A DNA stretch of 64,000 bases from Flavobacteriales bacterium. GTDB lineage: Bacteria; Bacteroidota; Bacteroidia; Flavobacteriales; UBA7312. A program made the translations under genes and the position numbers. Numbering within the stretch: the stretch's first letter is position 1; every line of letters begins with the position of its first letter. The stretch is from the NCBI GenBank assembly GCA_965661345.1, contig CBFIDK010000005.1, positions 17,301-81,300 of the forward strand, read 5' to 3'. This document shows positions 44,920 through 55,545 of this stretch, one piece after another. The notes beneath the pieces were generated by a model. It worked only from the letters and a program-made list of their open reading frames with translations, made no database searches and had not been told where the DNA came from.

Positions 44920-45786
44920 TTAAAATAGGATATAATTCTCGGGATCAACGGCTTTGTTATTGTGCCACAATTCAAAATGAAGATGAGGACCGCTTGACCA
45001 TTTTCCAGAGTTTCCAATGATCGCAATAGACTCTCCAACCGACACCGACTCACCTTGCTGTTTCAATAAAGCCGAGTTGTGTTTGTATACAGAGATAAAA
45101 TTATTGGCATGCTGAATAGCGATAACGTTTCCTGTTTCTGAAGTCCAAGACGAAAAAACAACTATCCCGCTTAAGGTGCTTTTTATCAATTCATTTTCTT
45201 TAGAAACAACATCAACGCCATAATGTTCCTCATCGGCGTTAAACGACTGGGTAACCAAGCCGCTAACGGGTTTGAAAAACAACAACTTCTCCACGGTTGA
45301 ACTTGAAGAATTATCACTACCAAAGAAATTGAAACGCTCTTCAGACTCTATCCGTTCTCTTAGCATGGAGTCTTCATAAATCCTTTCTACCGCCCCATCG
45401 TTTTGGATGCTAATACTTTCAGGCACATAAAAATCCGAGGTGTCAACTGGCGTTCCTTCTATAATGTTTTTAATATTCTGTAAGTACCGCTCTCTACTGT
45501 CTAATTCTGTTTTTAGGGAGTCCGAAAGAACGTTTAAAGAAACCATTTGACGCCTAATGTTTGTACTGGTGTATCCAGGAATGTATTCTCGTAGTGGACT
45601 AAAAGCTATAATTGTTGCCGTACCGCCCACCAACAGCGTTAAGGACACACAGACAAACAAAAAAACGTTAAGCCTAGACATATTAAAGGCTAGACGCTCT
45701 TCAAAAGTTTCGCTGTTTAATACAACAAGACGGTATTTGAAGCGCCATTTATTCCAAAAGGATTCTTTTTTCTTTTTGTTTGACAT
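44920..45786 (-). CDS. M23-family metallopeptidase, membrane anchored
   Basis: HYGVD...GPHLHFELW motif. Confidence 0.85.
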   Translation of the reverse strand: MSNKKKKESFWNKWRFKYRLVVLNSETFEERLAFNMSRLNVFLFVCVSLTLLVGGTATIIAFSPLREYIPGYTSTNIRRQMVSLNVLSDSLKTELDSRERYLQNIKNIIEGTPVDTSDFYVPESISIQNDGAVERIYEDSMLRERIESEERFNFFGSDNSSSSTVEKLLFFKPVSGLVTQSFNADEEHYGVDVVSKENELIKSTLSGIVVFSSWTSETGNVIAIQHANNFISVYKHNSALLKQQGESVSVGESIAIIGNSGKWSSGPHLHFELWHNNKAVDPENYILF

Positions 45787-45882
45787 TTTCGCTGCAAATA
45801 TCCTAAAATTTTATCTTACAACACTTAAATACTATAATTCAGAAAATTAAAATAATTTTGCTGATTGAAAGTTATCTCAATA

Positions 45883-48459
45883 ATGCATAGCAAACGCCAT
45901 TATTTTTTTCGTTTTAATCTATTAGTGTTTTTACTAGTGCTAATGGGGTCGTGTAAAACCACGAAAAACACCTTTCTTAACAGGAATTTTCACAACACAA
46001 CAACGCGATATAACTGGTATTTTAACGCCAACGAAAGCTACAAATCTGGCGTTAAAAAGCTCCAAGACCAAAATAAAGACGACTATAATCAGCTTTTAAG
46101 GATATACCCAAGCGGCACAAAAAGCAACGCGCAATCGATAGCTCCACAAATGGATAAATCCCTGAAAAAATGCGCCAAAGCCATTAACAAGCACTCCATG
46201 TTAATTAAAGGTAAGGAGTATAACCGCTGGATTGATAATTCGTATTTACTGATAGGGAAGTCCTATTTTTATAAGCAAGAGTACATAAAAGCCATTGAAG
46301 CTTTTCGTTTAGTTACCCGTCAATTTGTTGGAGACATTACCTCTTACGAAGCGTTTATCTGGCTCATTAACACATACGTTGAGGTAAAGGACTACGGTTC
46401 TGCAGATTTGGTAATAGAAAACGTTTTAATGGACGAAACATTTCCACAAGACCTTAGTCAAGAGCTTTCACTAGCCCTTGCAAATTACCACATTGCTATT
46501 CAGGACTATGATCTCGCCATTGAAGAGTTAAACACCGCCGTGTCATTAACTAAAAAGAAAAGAGACAAATCCAGGTACCTTTATGTTTTAGCACAGCTCT
46601 ATTCTTCGCAAGACAACTTTGCCCTAGCCACAGAATACTTCACTAAGGTTATTCGCACAAGCCCAGATTATGAAATGGTCTTTAATGCAAAGATAAATAG
46701 AGCCCGTTCTTTTGATACCTCTGCTGGCAATTCGGAAGCAATAATTGCCGAGCTACAAAAAATGCTTAAAGACGACAAAAACATAGAGTTTTTAGATGTA
46801 ATTTATTTTGGTTTGGCCGAGCTCAACAACAGGCAAAACAAACTTAAAACAGCCATCCCTTTATACGAAAAGTCGGTTTCTTCAAGCGTTAAAAACGATG
46901 CCCAAAAAGCCCTATCAAGCGTGATTTTAGCAGATATTTATTACGATCAGCAAAATTACCGACCAGCCCAAGCCTATTACGATACTGCGGTGGCTTTTAT
47001 GGATCCTAACAATCAGAGGTATAAAAACGCCCAACAAAAAAAGGTTACCCTTACGGAGCTTATTTCTAACCTAGATATTATAGAAAAGCAAGACAGTTTA
47101 CAGCGCATAGCCCTAATGCCTGAAAAAGAGCGTTTAGCCTTCATTGACAACCTTATAATTAAGCTTCAGGAAGACGAACGGCTACAAAGGGAGTTAGAAA
47201 ACCAAAGGCGCTCGGAGAACAACTTTTTTAATGACCCTTCACAATCGTTAAATAAATTTAATACCAATCAAAACCGTGGCGGAGGTTGGTATTTTGATAA
47301 CCCAAATACGTTAAGTTTTGGTTTTTCGGAATTTAACAGAAAATGGGGGAAAAGAAAGCTTGAAGACAATTGGCGGCGATCAAACAAAAAGACACTTAGC
47401 GTTGAAGAGGCCCTAGCCGACACCATAGAGGAAGACGTTTTCGACCCCATGAGCAGAGATTCTTACATCAAAAACTTGCCCCTTTCCATTGACGCCATGA
47501 AGGAGTCAAACAATATGATTATTGAGGCCTATTTTGATGCTGGAGTCATTTATAAAGAGCAACTTAACGACGCGCCACAGTCCATAAAAACCTTTGAAGA
47601 ATTAAACAAAAGGTTTCCTTACAGCCAAAACCGAGTAATGGTTCTTTATTTCTTACACCGTTTGCACGACGAGAAAGGAAACATTGACTTTGCTAAAGAC
47701 TACAAGGACATGCTCATAAAAGAATTTCCTAATAGCGATTACGCAAAACTCATTATGGACCCTTCATACATTGAAGAGTTGTCAGCGGCAAACACCAGCC
47801 TAGAGTCATCATACGAGCAGGCGTTTTCACTATACACTAAGTCCAAATACAGCGAGTGCATAGCGATTTGCAAAAGAGTCAATACCAAAAACCCAAACAA
47901 CATACTTTTCCCAAACTTTGATTTCTTAAACACCCTAGCGACTGCGCACAAAGCCGATAAAAACACCTATATCGCCAAGCTTGAACAGATTATCCAAAAG
48001 TACCCAAAACACAGCGTGGCTGAATCCGCAAAAGAGATATTGACTCTTTTAAACTTGGAAGTTGAAACCGAAGCGCTTTCAGACTTTGGCGGCGATAGCC
48101 CATACGTTGTAAAGCCTGATGCGGCCCACTATTTCATTTTGCTCTTTAATGACTATGACCTTGAGTTAAGCGTTGCTAAATCCACGTTTTCTGACTACCA
48201 TTCCGAATATTATAGGTTAGACAGGCTAAACATTAGCAGCTTGTTGTTTTCAGAGCACACACACCTCATTACAATTAGAGAATTTGGAAACCAAGCAAAA
48301 GCCATGGAGTATTACCAAGCTTTTCAGAGCGGCGATGTAAGAGGGGTATTTGGAAATGACTACACCGCACTGGTAATAGCGGGGCCAAATTTCCCTTACT
48401 TTTTTAAAAATAAAGATGTTGACGGATACACGACTATGTTTAAACAAAATTACGAATAA
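45883..48459 (+). CDS. sprE: TPR lipoprotein, PorW/SprE-like T9SS/gliding component
   Basis: Lipobox LMGSC followed by KTTKNTFLNRNFHNTTTRYNWYFNA, ~860 aa of TPR. ATG 45883 is preferred over the TTG at 45865. Confidence 0.6.
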   Translation: MHSKRHYFFRFNLLVFLLVLMGSCKTTKNTFLNRNFHNTTTRYNWYFNANESYKSGVKKLQDQNKDDYNQLLRIYPSGTKSNAQSIAPQMDKSLKKCAKAINKHSMLIKGKEYNRWIDNSYLLIGKSYFYKQEYIKAIEAFRLVTRQFVGDITSYEAFIWLINTYVEVKDYGSADLVIENVLMDETFPQDLSQELSLALANYHIAIQDYDLAIEELNTAVSLTKKKRDKSRYLYVLAQLYSSQDNFALATEYFTKVIRTSPDYEMVFNAKINRARSFDTSAGNSEAIIAELQKMLKDDKNIEFLDVIYFGLAELNNRQNKLKTAIPLYEKSVSSSVKNDAQKALSSVILADIYYDQQNYRPAQAYYDTAVAFMDPNNQRYKNAQQKKVTLTELISNLDIIEKQDSLQRIALMPEKERLAFIDNLIIKLQEDERLQRELENQRRSENNFFNDPSQSLNKFNTNQNRGGGWYFDNPNTLSFGFSEFNRKWGKRKLEDNWRRSNKKTLSVEEALADTIEEDVFDPMSRDSYIKNLPLSIDAMKESNNMIIEAYFDAGVIYKEQLNDAPQSIKTFEELNKRFPYSQNRVMVLYFLHRLHDEKGNIDFAKDYKDMLIKEFPNSDYAKLIMDPSYIEELSAANTSLESSYEQAFSLYTKSKYSECIAICKRVNTKNPNNILFPNFDFLNTLATAHKADKNTYIAKLEQIIQKYPKHSVAESAKEILTLLNLEVETEALSDFGGDSPYVVKPDAAHYFILLFNDYDLELSVAKSTFSDYHSEYYRLDRLNISSLLFSEHTHLITIREFGNQAKAMEYYQAFQSGDVRGVFGNDYTALVIAGPNFPYFFKNKDVDGYTTMFKQNYE

Positions 48460-48479
48460 GCGTACTTTATTAGTTTTTA

Positions 48480-48487
48480 TATATTTG
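48480..48487 (+). promoter_or_regulatory. candidate -7 box TATATTTG ahead of bactofilin/atp genes
   Basis: TAnnTTTG match 24 nt upstream of ATG 48511. Confidence 0.35.
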
Positions 48488-48510
48488 TCGGTCCAAAAAC
48501 AAATTTCAAA

Positions 48511-48930
48511 ATGTTCTCAAACAATAAAGATAAAAGCATGGCAAAACAATTTGACAACACAGGAGTAGTTAACTTAATCGGAGTTGGAACTACAATTGAC
48601 GGCGAAATAACATCTTCTGGTGATATTCGTGTAGACGGTAGACTATCTGGTTCTATTAACACAAAAGGCAAAGTAGTTATTGGCTCAACAGGAATCGTTG
48701 AAGGCAATGTAAACGCTTCAAACGCGGATATTTCTGGCGAACTAAAAGGCGCAATTTCAGTTGCTGAACTATTATCGCTCAAATCATCAGCTAAACTAGA
48801 TGGTGATATTGTAACAAATAAACTAGCTATTGAGCCGGGAGCTGCTTTCACAGGTTCTTGTAGCATGGGCGCGGTTATTAAAGACATCAGCCATGCCGGA
48901 AAACAAGAAAAACAAGAAAAAACAGCCTAA
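48511..48930 (+). CDS. bactofilin (polymer-forming cytoskeletal protein)
   Basis: Repetitive G.I.G.V beta-helix pattern (ITSSGDIRVDGRLSGSINTKGKVVIGSTGIVEGNV...). Confidence 0.8.
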   Translation: MFSNNKDKSMAKQFDNTGVVNLIGVGTTIDGEITSSGDIRVDGRLSGSINTKGKVVIGSTGIVEGNVNASNADISGELKGAISVAELLSLKSSAKLDGDIVTNKLAIEPGAAFTGSCSMGAVIKDISHAGKQEKQEKTA

Positions 48931-49129
48931 TCGCTTTTTAGCCTTAAGTATGCTTGCCTCCCAGATGGGAATAACCGTTTACTTGGGCGCTTACTTAGGT
49001 AAATATTTAGACGAAAAGTACGCCACGCAAAAAGCCTGGTTTACCATCTCTTTAACCCTGTTTTCGTTGGTGATTTCCTTGTATTCGGTAATCAAGCAAG
49101 TCAATAAGTTAAACGATGACAAGCATTAA
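48893..49129 (+). CDS. AtpZ/AtpI-family small membrane protein
   Basis: MPENKKNKKKQPNRFLALSMLASQMGITVYLGAYLGKYLD. The start is trimmed to the internal Met, and the ORF overlaps the bactofilin 3' end. Confidence 0.65.
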   Translation: MPENKKNKKKQPNRFLALSMLASQMGITVYLGAYLGKYLDEKYATQKAWFTISLTLFSLVISLYSVIKQVNKLNDDKH

Positions 49130-49511
49130 GTTTATCCTCAATTTTAGTTGGAAGTTAGTGCTGGCACTAGCTCTTACGCTTGCCTTGCAAGTGTTAATTT
49201 ACCACCAATTGGCGTTGTCACTGCATTTCAACGCTCTTTTATTTTCTAACCTTTTCAACTTTTTTATGGCGTTGTTTGCGGTAATTTTGATACACCGCCT
49301 TCGCCATTCTCACACCCAAAGCCTTGGGTATATATTTTTGCTTTCAACCCTGTTTAAATTTTTAGGCTTTTATGTGTTCCTTTCCCCTATATTGGATGAA
49401 TTTTACTCAGAAGCCAATCGGTTCAGTGGTTTTATGTTGTTTTTCACGTCCTATGCAACCGCTTTAGTGGTCGAAATTCGGGCTTTAATAAAGCTTTTAA
49501 ACGAGCTTTAA
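49116..49511 (+). CDS. hydrophobic protein in the atp operon leader (function unknown)
   Basis: 131 aa with four hydrophobic segments, overlapping the previous stop. Confidence 0.5.
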   Translation: MTSIKFILNFSWKLVLALALTLALQVLIYHQLALSLHFNALLFSNLFNFFMALFAVILIHRLRHSHTQSLGYIFLLSTLFKFLGFYVFLSPILDEFYSEANRFSGFMLFFTSYATALVVEIRALIKLLNEL

Positions 49512-49585
49512 AGCATTGATTTTAGCGCTTTAAAAAAAGACGAAAATTATTTATCAATTTTATTTTTAGAATAAACATTAATATT

Positions 49586-49593
49586 TAGTTTTG
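49586..49593 (+). promoter_or_regulatory. candidate -7 box TAGTTTTG for atpB
   Basis: TAnnTTTG match 35 nt upstream of ATG 49628. Confidence 0.35.
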
Positions 49594-49627
49594 CACCGAA
49601 CTCTATAACAGCAATTTGTTGCCCGAA

Positions 49628-50794
49628 ATGAGAAGAAAAGTTAGTTTATTAGCCTTACTGTTTACACTATTAATTGGAAGTGTGGCATCTGCCCACGACG
49701 ACCACTCTCATGCAGGCGAACATAATGAGGCTCACACTCAAAAAGATACCCCTGAAAAAGTAAAAGGTTTTATCAAGCACCACTTAAAAGACGCCCATTA
49801 TTTTGAGCTCTTTCACGGTGCAAAAATGCCACTACCCATTATTGTATGGGACGAGGGCATAAAAGTATTTTCGTCAGGCGACTTTAAGAAAGTCGAAGTC
49901 AAAGAAGTTCGTGGTGCCGACTCAACAATCACTTTTGAGAAGCTTGGCGCTACCGATACCGTTGCTAAGGACGCTAAAGATTACCTTTATGAGTCTGTAA
50001 ACGCTAACTACTCCATATTTCACGGTAAAATATTAGCCGCCAAACACGCCGACCTTCAACTTAAATTAAACAAAGAAGGCAAGAAAAAGCTAATTAGCCA
50101 TTCCGCGTTAATTGACTTTTCTATTACAAAAACCGTCTTAATGACCTTTATAATTTGTGTTTTGTTGTTCTTATCCTTTAGGGGTTTATCAATCTCTTAC
50201 CGAAAGGGTCCTATTCCAAGCGGATTCGGCAGACTGCTAGAACCATTAGTCTTATTCATTAGAGACGACATCGCCATTCCTAACATTGGTGAAAAACACT
50301 ACAAAAAATACATGAGTTATTTATTAACCGTTTTCTTCTTCATTTGGTTTGTGAATTTAGCGGGAATGACTCCACTAGGAATTAACATAACAGGTAACAT
50401 AGCCATCACCCTTTCATTGGCATTGATTACTTACCTCATTACACAATTTACGGCTAACAAAAACTATTGGGGACACATCTTCTGGATGCCAGGCGTGCCC
50501 GTACCCATGAAGTTTGTTCTTATGCCCATAGAGCTTTTGGGCACCATCATTAAGCCATTTTCACTAATGATTCGTTTGTACGCCAATATTACGGCGGGTC
50601 ACGTGGTGTTGATGTCGCTTATTGGCTTGGTGTTTTTTGCTACCAATCTATTTTCGTTTGGCGCATTTTTTGGACTGACACTCTTTTTGGGTGTAATAGA
50701 ATTGCTTGTTGCGTTTTTACAGGCGTATATATTTACAATGCTGACGGCTCTATATTTTGGAGCGGCAGTAGAAGATCATCACGACGAACATTAA
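49628..50794 (+). CDS. atpB: F0F1 ATP synthase subunit a
   Basis: LMIRLYANITAGH essential-Arg motif and the long N-terminal extension typical of Bacteroidota. The ATG is 12 nt inside the TTG-started track ORF. Confidence 0.9.
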   Translation: MRRKVSLLALLFTLLIGSVASAHDDHSHAGEHNEAHTQKDTPEKVKGFIKHHLKDAHYFELFHGAKMPLPIIVWDEGIKVFSSGDFKKVEVKEVRGADSTITFEKLGATDTVAKDAKDYLYESVNANYSIFHGKILAAKHADLQLKLNKEGKKKLISHSALIDFSITKTVLMTFIICVLLFLSFRGLSISYRKGPIPSGFGRLLEPLVLFIRDDIAIPNIGEKHYKKYMSYLLTVFFFIWFVNLAGMTPLGINITGNIAITLSLALITYLITQFTANKNYWGHIFWMPGVPVPMKFVLMPIELLGTIIKPFSLMIRLYANITAGHVVLMSLIGLVFFATNLFSFGAFFGLTLFLGVIELLVAFLQAYIFTMLTALYFGAAVEDHHDEH

Positions 50795-50830
50795 TATTTT
50801 AACTAATTATTAACTTTAAATTTTTTTAAT

Positions 50831-51022
50831 ATGACTATTCCAAATATTGTAGGTGCAGGATTAATTGTAATCGGAGCAGGTTTAGGTATTGGTAAAATCG
50901 GTGGTTCTGCCATGGATGCTATCGCTAGACAACCTGAAGCGACTTCAAAAATCCAAACAGCAATGATTATTGCTGCTGCACTTATTGAAGGTATTGGATT
51001 TGCTGCATTATTTGCTGCATAA
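50831..51022 (+). CDS. atpE: F0F1 ATP synthase subunit c
   Basis: AIARQPEA loop and the AALIEGI carboxylate helix. Confidence 0.92.
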   Translation: MTIPNIVGAGLIVIGAGLGIGKIGGSAMDAIARQPEATSKIQTAMIIAAALIEGIGFAALFAA

Positions 51023-51102
51023 TTCATAAACATAAATCAAAACTGTAAGGGTTGCTTGCAGTTTTGATTTTAGCATTTTAAAAAGAAAAATAAAGATATA
51101 AT

Positions 51103-51600
51103 ATGGACCTATTTAACGATTTTTCAATTGGCCTGTTTGTTTGGCAAACCGTTTTATTTTTAGCCTTATTGTTTTTGCTAAGAAAGTATGCTTGGAAGCC
51201 AATTTTAGGAGCAGTAGAAGAAAGAGAAGAGGGCATCAAAGGCGCACTAGAAGCTGCTGACAATGCAAAGAAAGAAATGGAAGCGTTAAACGCTGACAAC
51301 GAAAGAATTCTTCGTGAAGCAAGAGCTGAAAGAGACGCTATTTTAAAAGAAGCAAGAGAAATAAAAGACGGCATTATCGCTGAAGCAAAAACACAAGCGA
51401 CCGAGGAAGCTGACAAGGTTATGACTTCAGCAAGAGAGCAAATTAACAACGAGAAAATGGCGGCCATTACTGAGCTAAAGAATCAAGTTGCCTCATTATC
51501 GGTTGACATTGCTGAGAAAATATTGAAATCGGAGTTAAAAAACGACAACAAGCAAAAGGAAATAGTGAACAATGCTTTAGAAGAAGCAAGCATAAACTAA
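51103..51600 (+). CDS. atpF: F0F1 ATP synthase subunit b
   Basis: One TM helix followed by a long charged helix, in operon position. Confidence 0.88.
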   Translation: MDLFNDFSIGLFVWQTVLFLALLFLLRKYAWKPILGAVEEREEGIKGALEAADNAKKEMEALNADNERILREARAERDAILKEAREIKDGIIAEAKTQATEEADKVMTSAREQINNEKMAAITELKNQVASLSVDIAEKILKSELKNDNKQKEIVNNALEEASIN

Positions 51601-51601
51601 G

Positions 51602-52156
51602 ATGAAGAACACTAGAGCAACATACAGATACGCTAAGTCGCTATTAGAGTTAGCCAAAGAGCAAGGCACTTTAGAGGCCTGCAAAGCGGATATGGAAACC
51701 GTTGTTTCTGTTTGTAAGGAATCTAGAGAGTTAATGCTGTTATTGAAAAGCCCAGTTGTAAAAACCGATAAAAAACTAGAAATACTTTCGGATATTTTTA
51801 AATCGTGTTCAACCCTTACAATGAGCTTTATTCAACTCATTACCAAAAAGAAAAGAGAATCTCTTTTATCAGATATAGCTGAACGTTTTCTACTCCTTTA
51901 CAAAGAAAGCTTAGGCATTGGAACCGCTGTACTTACCACAGCCACTTCCATTGATGAAGACACACGAAAAAACGTTATTGACTTTATCAAAAAGCAAGGC
52001 ATTAGTCAAGTAGACTTAACCGAAAAAGTAGATGAAAGCCTTATCGGTGGAGCAATTCTCCGACTAGGCGACAAACAACTAGACGCCAGTATTTCGCGTC
52101 AGATCAAAGACTTAAAACAATCGTTTAATAAAAACCTTTACATAAAGGACTTCTAA
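51602..52156 (+). CDS. atpH: F0F1 ATP synthase subunit delta (OSCP)
   Basis: YAKSLLELA start, [18 protein letters not shown] motif and operon position. Confidence 0.88.
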   Translation: MKNTRATYRYAKSLLELAKEQGTLEACKADMETVVSVCKESRELMLLLKSPVVKTDKKLEILSDIFKSCSTLTMSFIQLITKKKRESLLSDIAERFLLLYKESLGIGTAVLTTATSIDEDTRKNVIDFIKKQGISQVDLTEKVDESLIGGAILRLGDKQLDASISRQIKDLKQSFNKNLYIKDF

Positions 52157-52166
52157 ATTAACAAAC

Positions 52167-53747
52167 ATGGCAGAAGTAAAACCAGCTGAGGTATCAGCAA
52201 TTTTAAGACAACAACTTTCAGGCTTCAAATCCGAAACAGATTTACAAGAAGTAGGAACCGTACTACAAGTGGGCGATGGTATCGCCCGTATTTATGGCCT
52301 TACCAACGTACAGTCTGGTGAGCTTATAGAATTTGAAAGCGGACTACAAGGCATCGTTCTTAACTTGGAGGAAGACAATGTTGGTGCAGTACTATTAGGA
52401 CCATCCAAAGGGATTAAGGAAGGAGACGTTGTAAAACGAACCAACCGCATTGCCTCTATTAACGTAGGAGAAGGCATGTTGGGCCGTGTTGTCGATACTT
52501 TAGGAAACCCCATAGATGGTAAAGGGCCAATCCAAGGCGAAACCTTTGAAATGCCTATCGAAAGAAAAGCGCCGGGGGTAATTTACCGTCAGCCAGTAAA
52601 CGAGCCTTTACAAACGGGTATCAAGGCTATTGACGCCATGATTCCAGTAGGAAGAGGACAAAGAGAGCTTATCATTGGTGACCGTCAGACCGGTAAAACT
52701 GCCGTAGCGATTGACACCATTATCAACCAGAAAGAATTTTTCGAAAAAGGCGAGCCAGTATTTTGTATTTATGTGGCAGTTGGTCAAAAAGGCTCTACAG
52801 TAGCCTCTATTGCCAAGACCTTAGAAGATGCAGGCGCATTGGCCTATACGGTTATTGTTGCTTCAAACGCTTCTGACCCTGCGCCTATGCAGTTCTACGC
52901 ACCATTAGCCGGAGCGGCAATTGGCGAGTACTTTAGAGATACGGGTAGACCAGCACTTATCGTATTCGATGATTTATCAAAACAAGCCGTAGCTTACCGT
53001 GAGGTATCTTTATTATTAAGAAGGCCTCCAGGTCGTGAGGCTTACCCTGGTGATGTATTTTACCTTCACTCAAGACTTCTTGAACGAGCGGCTAAGGTCA
53101 TTAATGACGACGCCATTGCTTCTCAGATGAACGACTTGCCAGAATCATTAAAAGGAAAAGTAAAAGGTGGCGGATCACTAACCGCATTGCCAATTATTGA
53201 AACACAAGCAGGAGATGTATCTGCATACATTCCTACAAATGTAATATCCATTACTGACGGACAGATTTTCTTAGACGGTGATTTATTTAACTCTGGTGTA
53301 CGCCCGGCCATTAACGTAGGTATTTCCGTATCGCGTGTAGGGGGTTCGGCACAGATTAAATCAATGAAAAAGATTTCGGGTACATTAAAGCTTGACCAAG
53401 CGCAATACCGTGAACTTGAGGCTTTTGCCAAGTTTGGCTCTGACCTTGATGCGGCAACCAATGCTGTTATTGAAAAAGGTAAGCGTAACGTTGAAATTTT
53501 GAAACAAGGACAATATTCCCCTTTAAGAGTAGAAGAGCAAGCCGCAATAATTTTCTGTGGAACAAACGGATTATTGATGGACGTTCCTTCTGACAAGATA
53601 AGAGAGTTTGAACAGGAGTTTATCGCTTTCTTACACGCTAAGCACCAAGGCACACTTGACGATTTAGCAGCGGGTAAATTAAACGATGAAATTACAAACA
53701 CACTACGTACTGTTTGTGCAGATTTATCTAAAAAATACGCAGCATAA
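52167..53747 (+). CDS. atpA: F0F1 ATP synthase subunit alpha
   Basis: GDRQTGKT Walker A and the overall alpha-subunit sequence. Confidence 0.95.
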   Translation: MAEVKPAEVSAILRQQLSGFKSETDLQEVGTVLQVGDGIARIYGLTNVQSGELIEFESGLQGIVLNLEEDNVGAVLLGPSKGIKEGDVVKRTNRIASINVGEGMLGRVVDTLGNPIDGKGPIQGETFEMPIERKAPGVIYRQPVNEPLQTGIKAIDAMIPVGRGQRELIIGDRQTGKTAVAIDTIINQKEFFEKGEPVFCIYVAVGQKGSTVASIAKTLEDAGALAYTVIVASNASDPAPMQFYAPLAGAAIGEYFRDTGRPALIVFDDLSKQAVAYREVSLLLRRPPGREAYPGDVFYLHSRLLERAAKVINDDAIASQMNDLPESLKGKVKGGGSLTALPIIETQAGDVSAYIPTNVISITDGQIFLDGDLFNSGVRPAINVGISVSRVGGSAQIKSMKKISGTLKLDQAQYRELEAFAKFGSDLDAATNAVIEKGKRNVEILKQGQYSPLRVEEQAAIIFCGTNGLLMDVPSDKIREFEQEFIAFLHAKHQGTLDDLAAGKLNDEITNTLRTVCADLSKKYAA

Positions 53748-53750
53748 AGG

Positions 53751-54602
53751 ATGGCTAACTTAAAAGAAATACGGGCAAGAATTACTTCGGTAGGTTCTAC
53801 TATGCAAATTACCAGTGCCATGAAAATGGTATCGGCAGCTAAACTCAAAAGAGCGCAGGATGCCATTACTCAAATGCGTCCGTATGCCAATAAGTTGCGC
53901 GAACTTTTAGTTAATTTAAGCTCTACACTAGAGTCTTCGGAAGGAGGCGCTTATTCGGATGCTCGTCCAGTTAACAAACAATTGGTTGTGGCCATCACCT
54001 CTAACAGAGGGTTGTGTGGCGCTTTCAACAACAACGTCATCAAACAATCCAAGTCCTTAGCGGCCGATTGCGATACCGCTTTTCTTACCATAGGAAAAAA
54101 AGGATCAGAACATTTTAGAAAGAATGGCTTTGAAGTTGTTTCCTCTCACGACGATTTGTACGCGGACTTAACCTTTGCGAACACCTCGGCAATAGCTCAG
54201 GATATAATGAGCCACTTTACCGAAGGCAGATACGATAAAGTGGTATTGGTGTATAACCAATTCAAAAACGCCGCTTCACAGACCATTATGTCTGAACCTT
54301 TTTTACCCGTTGAAACCCCTTCTGACGAATCGGCAACCATAGGCGATTATATTTTTGAGCCAGAAAAAGAAGAAATTGTAGCGGATCTTATTCCTAAGTC
54401 TTTAAAAATTCAGTTGTTTAAAGCCGTATTAGACTCTCACGCTTCTGAACATGGCGCGCGAATGACTGCCATGCACAAAGCCACTGATAATGCCGGAGAA
54501 CTCAAAAAAGAACTCACATTAACCTACAACAAAGCCAGACAAGCAGCCATTACTGGCGAAATTCTGGAAATTGTGGGCGGTGCTGAGGCTCTAAATAGCT
54601 AA
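53751..54602 (+). CDS. atpG: F0F1 ATP synthase subunit gamma
   Basis: IRARI.SV.ST.QIT.AMKMVSAAKL N-terminus and ITGEILEIVGGAEAL C-terminus. Confidence 0.93.
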   Translation: MANLKEIRARITSVGSTMQITSAMKMVSAAKLKRAQDAITQMRPYANKLRELLVNLSSTLESSEGGAYSDARPVNKQLVVAITSNRGLCGAFNNNVIKQSKSLAADCDTAFLTIGKKGSEHFRKNGFEVVSSHDDLYADLTFANTSAIAQDIMSHFTEGRYDKVVLVYNQFKNAASQTIMSEPFLPVETPSDESATIGDYIFEPEKEEIVADLIPKSLKIQLFKAVLDSHASEHGARMTAMHKATDNAGELKKELTLTYNKARQAAITGEILEIVGGAEALNS

Positions 54603-54625
54603 AATACAGCCACATAAAGAAGTTT

Positions 54626-54649
54626 AAAGCCCGTTCGTCGGGCTTTTTT
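54626..54649 (+). terminator. rho-independent terminator of the atp operon
   Basis: AAAGCCCG-ttcgt-CGGGCTTT followed by a T-run. Confidence 0.75.
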
Positions 54650-54765
54650 GCTAATGGCGCTCTAGTTTTATCAATTTAAAGCATAGATAATTCTTGTAGC
54701 AATCTATTTCTTTGGGTTTTGCTGTTTCTGTAAAAGACTATCTTTGCCTAAACAAAGCAAAAAAA

Positions 54766-55542
54766 ATGGCCTATCAATTTGTTATTTCTGAACACAAAGA
54801 CGGTTTAGCGACTATAACCATTAATCGTCCACAACAACTCAATGCGCTTAATAAAATAACCATTGAAGAGCTTAACGACGCCATCATAAAAGCCGATAGA
54901 GACAGTAAGGTCCGATGCATACTGCTCACGGGCTCAGGCACCAAAGCTTTTGTGGCTGGCGCGGACATTAAAGAGTTTGCCCATTTCAACGCCAAAGAAG
55001 GCACCCATTTAGCCACAGACGGACAATTTTTACTGTTTGATTTATTAGACAATTTATCCACCCCAAGCATAGCAGCAATCAATGGCTTTGCACTTGGCGG
55101 TGGATTAGAATTAGCCATGGCTTGCCACATGCGTGTGGCATCAACAAACGCCAAAATGGGTTTGCCAGAGGTGTCTTTAGGTGTAATTCCTGGCTATGGC
55201 GGCACCCAACGGCTCAGAGAATTAGTAGGCAAAGGAAAAGCCCTTGAAATGATTACCTCTGCTGGAATGCTAAGCGCCGAAGAAGCCAAAGAATGGGGCC
55301 TCGTTAATCATGTTTGTGAACAAGAAGAGCTGTTGGCTTTTTGTGAAAAATTAGCCAGCCGAATTGTAAAAAATTCGCCCATTGCCATTTCGAAAGCAAT
55401 AAAATCCGTCAATGCCGGTTGTAATACGGACGGTTATGAAGCTGAAAAACAAGCCTTTGGCGAATGCTTTGCAACCAATGATTTCAAAGAAGGCACAAGC
55501 GCATTTATGGAAAAAAGAAAACCAAACTTCACAGGAAAATAA
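54766..55542 (+). CDS. enoyl-CoA hydratase/isomerase (crotonase) family protein
   Basis: FVAGADIKEF and AAINGFALGGGLELAMACH motifs. The start is trimmed to MAYQF. Confidence 0.85.
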   Translation: MAYQFVISEHKDGLATITINRPQQLNALNKITIEELNDAIIKADRDSKVRCILLTGSGTKAFVAGADIKEFAHFNAKEGTHLATDGQFLLFDLLDNLSTPSIAAINGFALGGGLELAMACHMRVASTNAKMGLPEVSLGVIPGYGGTQRLRELVGKGKALEMITSAGMLSAEEAKEWGLVNHVCEQEELLAFCEKLASRIVKNSPIAISKAIKSVNAGCNTDGYEAEKQAFGECFATNDFKEGTSAFMEKRKPNFTGK

Positions 55543-55545
55543 GCG

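Noticed and set aside
48477-48887. 136-aa minus-strand ORF.
   Set aside because: It is antisense to the repetitive bactofilin gene, and the sense ORF has the characteristic bactofilin beta-helix repeat.
51078-51467. 129-aa minus-strand ORF.
   Set aside because: It is antisense to atpF. The A/S/L-rich translation is typical of the reverse frame of a charged coiled-coil gene.
53123-53866. 247-aa minus-strand ORF.
   Set aside because: It is entirely antisense to atpA/atpG, whose identities are unambiguous.
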